This document shows positions 1-10,020 of a stretch of DNA of 64,000 bases, one piece after another. The notes under the pieces were generated by a model that worked only from the letters and a program-made list of their open reading frames with translations, made no database searches and was not told the DNA's origin. Each line of letters opens with the position of its first letter. Positions within the stretch are counted from its first letter, which is position 1. The stretch comes from Octopus sinensis (taxonomy: Eukaryota), in the NCBI RefSeq assembly GCF_006345805.1, contig NC_043000.1, positions 34,844,001 through 34,908,000 on the forward strand. The letters run 5' to 3'. A program made the position numbers and the translations under genes.

Positions 1-74
1 TTGATAAAATAAGCAGCAGTCAAGCATTGCTAGCCTTGTACCAAAAATTCAAACCATTATTATTATCATTCTTC

Positions 75-285
75 TGGCAGAATTGTTAGCATGCCAGACT
101 AAGTGATTGGCAGCATTTCATTTGTCTTTACACTCTGAGTTCAAATTCCACCAACCTTGACTTTCCCTTTCTTCCTTTTGGGGTCAATAAAGTAAGAACC
201 AGTTAAGCACTGAGGTCAATGTAACCGACTAGCACCATTCCCCCAAAATTTTAAGCCTATTGTGCCTGTTGTAAGAAAGGACTAT
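75..285 (+). mobile_element. tRNA-derived SINE, family A (octopus-type), diverged copy
   Basis: B-box-like 'tctgagttcaaattcc' and core 'ggggtcaataaagtaagaaccagttaagcactgaggtcaatgtaaccgact' shared with the younger copy at 14862-15281. Confidence 0.85.
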
Positions 286-489
286 TGTTACCACCACCAC
301 CACCACCACCACCACCACTACTACTACTACAGCAAAAAGATGGCAAAAATTATTATGGTGGAAATAAATAAGGCAAATTTTCCTCCAGTAATAATGTTTA
401 CAACAAAAGAACCTGCCGTGAAAAGTTAACAGCTACTTTTTTATTTAGGAAAAAAAAAGAGGAAAATTTAACAACTGGTTCACACAAAC

Positions 490-590
490 CTGCTCCAGTT
501 CAGTCCTGCTTGTACAACAACCGCCATACAATGATAATGGTGCATTACCTGAATGGAAATTACTTTGTTGTGTGGGAGAGATGGGGTTCA
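490..590 (-). CDS. Candidate internal coding exon (phase 1 to 0), (V)NPISPTQQSNFHSGNAPLSLYGGCCTSRTELEQ, product unknown
   Basis: Acceptor 'ctttattatcatgattattcctaccag|', 33 open codons, donor 'CAG|gtttgt'; no homology recognised. Confidence 0.4.
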
Positions 591-844
591 CTGGTAGGAA
601 TAATCATGATAATAAAGAATGAATACAAGTTAATATAGCCTTAAGATTTGAGGTGTAATGATTGCAGAAGATACAGTACAGTGAAAACTACCTGATGCAT
701 TGCTTCTGTTATACTAAATGAACTTTTTGGTACTAATGCAAGTGTCTTATTTTAACAGACTTATGAGTTGGTTGGAGGAAAAAGTTCTTTGTATTTTATG
801 CTCCTCCTACATTGCCTTCTCAATTCTTTTGTTTTTTTATTCTT

Positions 845-1043
845 TTATTTGTTTAAGTCATTTGGCTGTGGCCATGCTGGGGAGCCACCTTTTAGTCAAA
901 CAAATCGACCCCAGGACCTATTCTTTGTAAGCTTAGTACTTTATCGGTCTCTTTTGCCGAACCACTAAGTTACCCGGATGTAAACACACCAACATCGGTT
1001 GTTAAGCGATGCTGGGTGGGGTGGGGGCAAACACAGACACACA

Positions 1044-1081
<38 letters not shown>

Positions 1082-1240
1082 GCTTCTTTCAGTTTCCGTC
1101 TACCAAATTCACTCACAATGCTTTGGTTGGCCCAAGGCTATAGTAGGAGACACATGCCCAAGGTGCCATACATTGGGACTGAACCCAAAACCATGTGGTT
1201 GGTAAGCAAGCTACTTACCACACAGACACTTCTGCGCCTA
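845..1240 (-). mobile_element. tRNA-derived SINE, family B, with internal (TA)n/(TG)n tract
   Basis: Minus head '...accacatggttttgggttcagtccc...caccttgggc', internal 'gaaactgaaagaagccc', tail 'gtcctggggtcgatttg...ccagcatggcc'; paralogous to 38236-38672 and 55868-56242. Confidence 0.9.
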
Positions 1241-1299
1241 CATATTGAATACATATTGGTTATATGTATTTGATTATTTAAACTGACAAAAATATTTTT

Positions 1300-1480
1300 A
1301 CCTGTTTTGTGTTCAAACCAGCCTGATTGGGTCTTTCACACCTGCCTTACAATGTCATTCTAAAAATATACAACCACATCACTAAAATCTCAAAGGTACA
1401 AGATAATGCCTAATTAATTCAAAGCAATGTCAGTAAATAAGAATTATAATATAATTTAATTTGAATGCTAAAGGATTAAA
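1300..1480. mobile_element. Partial non-autonomous DNA element ending in gaatgctaaaggattaa
   Basis: The end resembles the aaagggttaa terminus of the MITE at 6014-6241; the other terminus was not found. Confidence 0.4.
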
Positions 1481-1582
1481 TATGTCAATTAATATTGAAT
1501 ACTTGGCAATATGATTTTATGATATCAATAATAAAGTACAAATGCCAACGTCAGTTTCTGCCCTTCTTAAAACACAAGAGGA

Positions 1583-1905
1583 GTACATTATTTACATTTG
1601 ATGGATATTTGTCCTCATCTTGTTTGTTGTTAACACAACGTTTCGGCTGATATACCCTCCAGCCTTCATCAGGTGTCTTGGGGAAATTTCGAACCTGGGT
1701 TCTCATTCCTAAGGTATTTTTCAAAGTTGTTGTTGATGTCATCGACCTTCTCCTCCTCCTCCTCCTCCTTCTTCTTCTTCTTCTTCTCCTTCTTCTTCTT
1801 CTTCTTCTTCTCTTCTTCTTTTTCTTCTTCTTGTCACTGCCTGGAATCGAACTCGGAATCTTGGTGTTAGTAGCCCATGCTCTTAACCACTATGTCATAT
1901 GCCCG
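1583..1905 (-). mobile_element. tRNA-headed SINE-like element with (GAA/GAG)n spacer and Penelope-like 3' end
   Basis: A box TGACATAGTGG (1897-1887), B box GAGTTCGATTCC (1854-1843), microsatellite about 1748-1832, hammerhead motif 1677-1632. Confidence 0.75.
1632..1677 (-). ncRNA. Minimal type I hammerhead ribozyme motif (Penelope-type, probably dimer-dependent)
   Basis: GACAC-CUGAUGA-A-GGCUG-gaggguauau-CAGCC-GAAAC-GUU|GUGUU: intact core, 5-bp stem II, stem I GACAC/GUGUU, self-complementary ACGU in place of stem III. Confidence 0.7.
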
Positions 1906-2273
1906 TGTCCATGGGTAGTTAGGACCCATGTACACAGTCACCCTCCACTTGACCCCATATTGCTTTACTTAAGCCTCCCCAAAGCCACTCTCACCCTTTA
2001 ACTTTCAGTGATCCAGAATTACTGAACTGCTCTTATTGTAGAGTATTCAATTAACCAGTGTGTTTTATTATGAGAACTGTACAAAATATGCATGCATAAT
2101 TATAAGAAATAAACAAGCAACTTTTTTATTTATAGAAACTTCACAAAGGACGGCCATTAATAATTATTTCTATTGGCAGACAATGAACATAGGAAAAAGT
2201 AGAAAATGAAAAGTAGTTTATCTACTGTACCCATTCTTACAACCTCATTTCTGTTACTACTTATGCAAGGTAC

Positions 2274-2332
2274 CACAGGATACTAGCCCTGAACCATGTA
2301 TTTCCTTGAGGTTATTATTGCTCAGTGTATCA
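2274..2332 (-). CDS. Candidate coding exon (phase 2 to 1), DTLSNNNLKEIHGSGLVSC
   Basis: Strong acceptor 'ccattcttctcttccag|', only one open frame, weaker donor 'G|gtacct'; phase fits the exons at 9708 and 590. Confidence 0.35.
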
Positions 2333-2774
2333 CTGGAAGAGAAGAATGGTTTTCTTCAACATACCTAATTTAGGTATAATTTAATAAGCCTCTTTAATAT
2401 TTAGTTTTATAGACTGTTTTGTTAAAGAAATTAGCATTTTACTATCTAATATTTTTGTAAAATGTTCAGTGAGGAAAAGATTATTAAAATTTCATTTAAA
2501 TCTTTTTCTAGAATTTCAAAAATTAAGATTCTTATGATGCAGGTTGTGTATACTGGTTTTGAATGTTATTTTTTGTTCTCCAGTTGAAGCCATTTCCTTT
2601 CATAATGGTCTTCTGAAGAGATGGATATCATACAAACTTATTATCCCTTCACTATCAAGTTTAACCTTGTGTCTGTATCAGCAGACACTATTACTTACTT
2701 ACAAAGGATTTAACCTCTAAATTATACAATTTTTAATTTTCATTGATTTGCAAAATAATTTCTACATGACTTGA

Positions 2775-2781
<7 letters not shown>

Positions 2782-2806
<25 letters not shown>

Positions 2807-3030
2807 TTTATCATTACTTTTCCTTGCTGGCATGGGTTAGATGGTTTGACTGGAACTGGTAAGCTGGAGAACTGCTTCAGGCTCCAGTCTGTTATAGCTT
2901 GGTTACTATGACTGGACACCCTTCCTAATGCCAACCACTCCATAGTGTACTGGGTGTCTTGCACATGTCACCAGCATGGGTGCCTCACACGTCACTAGCA
3001 TGTCACATACGTCACTGGCACTGACCACAA
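2782..3030 (-). mobile_element. 5'-truncated RTE LINE 3' end
   Basis: (GAT)n tail; 'ttccttgctggcatgggtt' and 'cccttcctaatgccaaccact' motifs shared with about 20 copies in the window. Confidence 0.85.
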
Positions 3031-3514
3031 CTACAATTCCACTAAATTCTATGTGTCCTCTGAAGCACAACAAATCGCCAAAAGTTTCTGTCACTTGTCA
3101 TCACCTCCAGCAGGAATGCTTCTATGCTCCCAGGAGCAATTTCTATGAAAATGAGGAAACCTTAAACATATAATCATCTAAAGTACAAGAAGTAGTAAAG
3201 CTATTTAGCAAAATAAAATAGCTGGCATGGGTTCTTGGCAACCACTGTTGCCACTTTATGTATTAATATAACCTCTTGATAAAACAATAAGAAAAAATTA
3301 AAATGTGTGTCTGTGTGCTCACACATTTCACTTCACTGCTGTCTTTTTTGATCATTGTGTTAATATATAACAAAAAGAATTCATCATTTAGTTCAGATTA
3401 CTGAATACATTTATTTATTTCAACTGAGAATGGAAAATGTGTGTGTGTGTGTGTGTATATAAAATCATGTGATCATATGATTGATCAGACTATCAGATGT
3501 TGTTATACATTGCC

Positions 3515-3762
3515 AGTCACAATGCGCTTTGCATTGTTTTAGCTTTTGATTGATGCCTCCCCTCTGGCTGGCTAGGTGAGCAGGCCAGCATTCCCCCGAT
3601 CAGAAAGCTATCCCACCACAGGGTGGACCCGTTTACAGCTGAGTAGACTGGAACAACTTGAAATGAAGCATTTTGCTCAAAACACAACTTGCCACCCAGT
3701 CCAGGAATTGAACCCATGATCTAGCAATTGCAAGTGCACCACCCTAACCACTGGGCCACTCG
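3515..3762 (-). mobile_element. tRNA-derived SINE, family C (conserved-core type)
   Basis: Head 'agtggcccagtggttagggtgg...gggttcaattcc' and core 'ttccagtctactcagctg', related to 31165-31820. Confidence 0.75.
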
Positions 3763-4074
3763 TCCTCGTACACACACACACACACAGGTATATGTTATAC
3801 TTATATAGTAACTTGTGTTTTCTTTTCTCATTTTCCTCAAACATGTTAGAATTAGTTATTATATGATTATATTCAGTTGAAAATGGTTTTAGTCAAGTTT
3901 GCTTCTCATATCTGAGAAAAATTGACCAGTATTATCGCTGCTTCTGTCATCTTTTATCAATAACTGTATTATTGCTGGGAAACTTTCACTTAACCATTAC
4001 TTCTAATCGCGATAAAAATTTTTCTTCCCCCATAGAGGCAGGTAAATTTTTTTATGCTTCTGTTAGAACTGTGA

Positions 4075-4400
4075 TACTGCATGATAGAAAGATGTGGTCC
4101 TTGAATGCAGAAAGCTTATGAAGCCATCATGCTCAATGGATGTGTAATGTGAGTGTGTTTGAATGCCAGAGTATAAGAATGAGTCCAAAGGCAAAGATTG
4201 GGAAAAAGAAGCTACACTGGTATGGGCATGTGACGTGAACAGAGGATGGATATTTGTATGAGGAAGTGCCAAGTAATTGGCACTCTAAGCTATTGGAAAC
4301 AATGGAAGTGGAAAGCTAAGGAGACTTGGGATGAAATGGTGATGGCCATACTAAAGATGCTGTACTCATGGAACTGAAGATACAGGAAACGATGAAAGAT
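4075..4400 (+). mobile_element. Highly degenerate RTE ORF2 C-terminal relic
   Basis: 'ctacactggtatgggcatgtg' (LHWYGHV) and 'ggagacttgggatgaa' (TWDE) correspond to motifs in 8045-8260. Confidence 0.55.
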
Positions 4401-5059
4401 CCACCCAACCCAATGTAAAACATACCTTGGTATGATGGTGGCATTTAGAAGCTGTGTACCCTGCCAAGCTTACTTTTGCTGCTACCTCTCTTGCATCTTC
4501 CTTCTCACATACCAATTGCTCATCCCTTTTTCACTCTCATATTTCTTTATCACTCATAATCTTTCATCTCTTCTTCATCCTCTTCACACTGACCTCCTGG
4601 CCTTTTACTAGTTTCACATACAACTGATTACCTAGGCTCACTCATCCCATCCACCCACAAAATATATTCCAGCCTCACTTGTTATACTACCAGCCAGAAC
4701 TCTCCTTCCACTCCCTAAACATCTTTGTTCTTTTTTTTTTTCATTGTATTCCTTCCCATACACTCTTCCACTCATTCTGGTTACCTCTCTCTCTCTCTCT
4801 CATTCTCCTGAGTAAATCCACTCACCCTAGTTTTTTAAAAAAAAATTCTCTTTACACTTACACTCCTATTTCTCTCCTCACCCCTTCTACTGTGCTGGAA
4901 CCCTTCATGCTCACTCTGCAGATGAATGGTGAGCAGTGCAACCTCTCTAATGTTGGTGCTATGAAGATGCACCAAATGCACAGTATCAAGTGATTGGAAA
5001 ATGAGCAGAAAATGTATAGGATTACGAGGTCCCTTTTAATCCAGTCTTGTCAGGGGCTC

Positions 5060-5265
5060 TTCAATTTCTTTAGTGCTACTGCCATTAAAAATGCACTCAG
5101 TACTCTCTGCAAAGTGTTTGCTGACAGGAAGGACATACAGCTGTAGGAACCAAGCCAAATGGGATGTACAAGCCCCAGTCTTTAGCAGCAGAAATAACTC
5201 AGACTGTGGCATCCCATATCCAACTGCTGTCAGCATGAAAAGTGGACATAACATTATGATGACTC
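5060..5265 (+). mobile_element. Diverged RTE 3' end
   Basis: 'caggaaggacatacagctgtag' core and 'gcatgaaaagtggacataa...atgatga' tail. Confidence 0.7.
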
Positions 5266-5560
5266 AAAACATTTACTGGGTTCTAGGAGAAAATGTGAGC
5301 TTTGTTTCAAATTAAAGTTTTAATATCTATTGTCACCTTATTCAACTTTATTCAGTTGGCCAAACTGCAGCATTTACTATTATGCTTTCTAGCTTATCCT
5401 CAATTAAATTACAGCTTCAATTTTCTCCTACAATTCTAATTCACCCTTTATTAATCAATATTTCTGTGGACTTACTTCAGAAAATCTCATTAGATCTTAA
5501 TTATTATCATTATATTTATTATTAGTAATGAATTTTAAGTATTAAGCAATAATTTTACAA

Positions 5561-5724
5561 TGTAGACTTGTAATAATTGTCATTACCAATTCTGTGATTG
5601 GTCATACTTTAAACATTGTAAGTTGTCATATTTATAAATGTTGCTGTGTAGATTTGTAATAATTGCCATTACTGATTCTGTGACTGGTCTTAACTTAAGC
5701 ATCATAAGTTGTCATATCTAAATT
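5561..5724. repeat. Degenerate tandem duplication, unit about 86 bp, two copies
   Basis: 'tgtagacttgtaataattgtcattacc...aagttgtcatat' at 5561 recurs as 'tgtagatttgtaataattgccattact...aagttgtcatat' at 5647. Confidence 0.85.
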
Positions 5725-6013
5725 TTATCTGTTTAAATAGCATTTACTCATATTGTTTGTTGTAGTGCACATTTCCTCACAGCTCTTCTGTAGATCGATG
5801 TAATACACACTTTTTGTGTCATTTAAAAAATTTGAAAATTTAACATTAGTCAGCTTCTTTAGTTACTTATTTTAGTTTGAATAATCTTTATATTGATTAT
5901 TATCAGTAGTAGCTTTTTAATCTATGATGGCTGAACCTTATTAAAAAACACTGTAAAGTTAGGTTTTCTGTCGATTAATTTTCTGTAATAGTAAATGTCC
6001 ATGGGAATGAGGA

Positions 6014-6241
6014 TTAACCCTTTCGTTACCAACCCAACTGAAAACGGTTCTGGCTCTGAGTACAAATGTTTTGTTTTCATAAGTTTTAAATTGAAATCTT
6101 CCACCAAACCTTAGTCACAATTTATGTTCCTAACACTATCTGAATGATAACTAAGTTATTCTACTAAATTCTGTATTATATTTAAAGTAAGTGAAAGAAA
6201 CACAGAGCATCTGAAAATAAATACAGTAATGAAAGGGTTAA
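6014..6241. mobile_element. piggyBac-type MITE
   Basis: TTAA at both ends; TIRs ccctttcgttac and gtaatgaaaggg (1 mismatch in 12); no coding capacity. Confidence 0.8.
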
Positions 6242-7481
6242 GCTTTTGGAAAAACTATGAACCAGTTTTAATATAGAGTGTTCAGAAAGAAAAGCTGTTG
6301 GGTGTACTGGGATCGTATAAAAGGGCAAAAAATGCACTTTTTAATTAGCTTTCTTACCAATTAACTCAATTTAATTTAAAGCTTTCACTCAAAATCAAGC
6401 GAACAGATTTAACAAGTCTTATATACTTTGAGAATATTAACATCTTAAGCTTCATAACCTAAATTTTATATTTGAAATATTTAATGGTCGATAATTGTCA
6501 AAACTGGAATTCCATTTCATAGTTTTACATCATCCTATATTTTTTAAAACATTTTATTGGTGTGATGTTAACATGATAGAAAATGAGAGCAGTGGAAGAC
6601 AGCTTGCACGATTATGGCAGACGAGGATATTGTATTCAACAGCAATAATTCAAAGGTGTGCATGATTAGAAAATGCTTTGACTATCCTTTAAGTAAAGCT
6701 GAATGAGAATACCAAACATTATTCTAGACACTTGCTTACTTCCTTCATTTCTCCTATAGCATTAAGTTTTATATTTTGTCTACATTCATTCAATGCTGAC
6801 ATAATTGTTAATTTTCTTTATTGTATATTGAATGCATGCAATTTTAGTTATTGTTTGAATATGCCTAAAATGGTAGTTCATGCACATATGTTTGTGTTCT
6901 ATGTATCATGTGTGTGTGTGTAGGTGAATAAAAGCATACTAGTTTAACACACATATGCAAGTGATTGCATTTCAAATTTCTTTTTAAATGCTAACATTTT
7001 TGAAATCTAATGTCCATAGGGAGTACATTTTACCTGCTATCAAAAATAATCGAGGAAAGAGCATATTTTTCTATGAATTTTAAAAATATCTTATTAAAAG
7101 GATCTCTTCTTTCTTTATAGGAAATTTAATAGTCATTAATTGACTTTATCTGCATTATTAAATGTTCCTTCACTGAATATAGCAAAGGCAAGAGATTTGG
7201 TGCAAATGATAGCGTACCAGATTAGATACTGCACCATACCTAGTTGAGTACTTCATCTTTCACGGTTTAATTTCTAAGCAGATTGATACAATGGATACTT
7301 GTTAAATACAGAACTAAATTCTCAGCAGCTTTTACAGAATGAGTACATATATGTGATTATAGAGTGGCATTGAACAATATTACACAACTCAGCGTGTTTC
7401 AATTGTAGAGTTGTGACAACTTGGTACAAATAATAGAATGTCATACTAAATTTTTCACTTGACCATTTTTTATATTTTATG

Positions 7482-8363
7482 TTGTAAGGAAAGATAAAAT
7501 TCTCTTTCTGTCGGGCAAATGGTCTTGCTCAATATGTAGGAAAGGAGTTGGAAGTAATTCCATTCACTGCTTCAGTGTAAACTAAGGACGCATAAGAAGT
7601 GCAGTGGAATCACAGGTAGATTAACAGATAAAGTCATCTCTGTATGTGGTAGATGTGCAGGAACAATGCACATTAAGAGGACATGGGATTTAGATTCTCT
7701 CAAATGCCCTGGAGGCTCTCTTGAGGTTGTAGCTAGTTCTGTTACCTCGGTGACCAAATTAGCAATGGTGGAGGATGCTCTGAAAGTATTGTTTTTAGAA
7801 TAAGGATAGGGCGAGGAAGTTCAGAGAGCTATTACCTCTTTTGGCAACAAAAGAACTCTCTCTCAGAGTGAAAGGTAGACTATATGATGCTTGTGTATGA
7901 ATGGCTATACTCTATGGTAGTGAGACATGGGCTCTGAATGCAGAGGACATGTGTAGACTGGAGGGAAATGAAGGTAGTATGCTCTGTCGGATGTGCAACG
8001 TCAATGCACATGTATGACAAAGTGCAAATGTATTAAGAGAAACGTTGGGCATAAGAGGAATCAAATGTAGCATGCAGGAGAAAAGACTACTTTGGTTTGG
8101 ACATGTGATGTGTATGAATGAGGTCAGCTGCATAAAGAAGTGCCAATCACTGAAGGTGGATGGTACACATGGAAGAGAGAGACCTGAGAAGACATGGGAT
8201 GAAGTGGTAAGGACTGATCTCAGGATCTTGGGCCTCACAGAGGAAATGACAATGAACTGAGAAGTCTGGTGCAGGCTTCTGCCTGGCTGGCTCCTGTCAA
8301 ACTGTCCCACCCACGGGAAGGCAAACGGTCCCAGCATGGAAGGCAGGCATTAAACGATGATGA
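7482..8363 (+). mobile_element. 5'-truncated RTE-clade LINE: disrupted ORF2 C-terminus with PHD-like finger, plus (GAT)n tail
   Basis: Translates with frameshifts and stops to WSCSICRKGVGSNSIHC..QCKLRTHKKC...VCGRC...YLG...LYGSETW...RLLWFGHV...RPEKTWDEVVRTDLRILGL. Confidence 0.92.
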
Positions 8364-9707
8364 TGATATGGTGCAGAGCTGGAAATTTATATAACACCAC
8401 ATTAGTGGCCCAATCCAACTTTTCTACCTCAACCATAAAGGCACTGCTTCATTTAACTAACTAGTTGTATACTACCCCTATACTGTCTCTTCACTTCAAC
8501 TCTTCTACTATTCCTATAATCGTCTCTGTTTTACTTGACTTGTTACTTAAAAACCACTTCCACCCATCTGACAAACCTGTACCTTCTCTCTGGTCACCCA
8601 TTCTGTTTGTTTTCTCTCAACCCTTACTCTAACCCCTAAAATCTCAGTCTTTCCCACCTCCAGACATGGACTTGTAACTGACCACCAACAACTTCAATCT
8701 GACCAGACTGTCAGTGAGACCTGTACATGTCATAATAACAACACAGTTCCTTTCATGTACCAAGTTATTCTGATTGTAGCTAATATCTTTCTCTTGTTAG
8801 CCTTTGTTAGAATTTTAAAATGTTCAGGAGTAAAAACATTTTATTATCTATAAGGTCAATAAAATAATTATCAACATCACAATTCAGTTGATTATGGCTC
8901 CTTATTGTGTATGTAGGAGGATAGAAGGATTTGCAGGTAGTTTTGTAGGCAGGAGATAGAAATATAGCCACACAAGATGAGTGGTTAACAAGAAGAGCAA
9001 TGAAATCCAATGAACTGTTCAGATGATTCATTAGGATGGAGAAGATAATTTTAGTTAGCTTGATGTCATTATCTGTGCTGGAGGTGGTTTAAGCAAGAGA
9101 GTATAATAGTAACTTGTAGAACATGTTCAGAGAGATGTAAGGATTTTTTTTTTCCTGTAAATTAGAGTATGGAATGTCTGCAAGAAGTGTAAGTTGCATA
9201 GTGAGATTAGCAAGCAGTCTTAGAAAAATCAAAGTAAAATAAGAAAAAAAGCATGATTTGTTGTATGTGTAATGTTCACTGGCATGGAATTGGAGCATGT
9301 AGAATGGCCTGTGTATTAAAGCTTTGGTTGCTTTACACAAGGGAAAACAGTTGAACTGGCATGGACAATAAGTTGTGAGTGACAAAAAGAAACAGAATTC
9401 ACTAAGAAACTTAATTTAAATAAATAAATTGATAATAAAGTTATTATTTATCTGCTTGCTCTTTTAAAGAAGATGGACTGTGGTTGTAATTTGTTACACT
9501 CTTTCCATAGAGATATGACAGAAAGGTTAATAATGTAATAGTTTGTAGGTGATTTCTCCTCAGAAATAACCTCTCTATGAGAGAAATTCTTGAGTGAGCA
9601 TGAGTGGACAAGTTGCTTCTGCTAGTAGGTGGTGTCGATAAGCCATAAAAATGGTGAAACATCGATGTCCGTCACTCCCAAATGGGATTGAGGGTAAGTT
9701 ATCTCAC

Positions 9708-9783
9708 CTGTCCATGGCTCTTAGTTGTCTTAACACTGGCGACTCAAGAGTTATATGCTCCGCTATGCCATTGCAGCCACCGG
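9708..9783 (-). CDS. Candidate first or 5' exon ending GCC ATG GAC AG|gtgaga
   Basis: Donor GTGAGA, ATG at 9715-9713 in good Kozak context, local CpG enrichment; upstream frame also open (GGCNGIAEHITLESPVLRQLRA); no canonical AG at the pyrimidine tract ('tattttccg'). Confidence 0.35.
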
Positions 9784-9834
9784 AAAATACACAAAGCATA
9801 TATACATTAGTATATGTATTTAACATATATATAT

Positions 9835-10020
9835 TTTTCTACTCTAGGCACAAGGCCTGAAATTTTTGGGGGAGAGGGCCAGTCGATTAGTTTGACCCCA
9901 GTACACAAGGATGAAAGACAAAGTCGACCTTGGTGGCATTTGAACTTGGAACGTAAAGACAGATGAAATACCACTAAGCATTTTGCTCAGTGTGCTAATG
10001 TGTCAGCCAGCTCACCGCCT
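9835..10020 (-). mobile_element. SINE family A with internal deletion
   Basis: Head 'ggcggtgagctggc', 'agttcaaatg...aaggtcgacttt', tail 'ggccttgtgcc'. Confidence 0.85.

Noticed and set aside
1832-1905. tRNA-like sequences here and at other SINE heads
   Set aside because: A and B boxes are present but there is no complete cloverleaf; SINE heads, not tRNA genes.
6573-6655. Protein-like frames (MIENESSGRQLARLWQTRILYSTAIIQ / MADEDIVFNSNNSK) before AAG|gtgtgc
   Set aside because: Poor acceptor and ambiguous frame; no recognisable homology.
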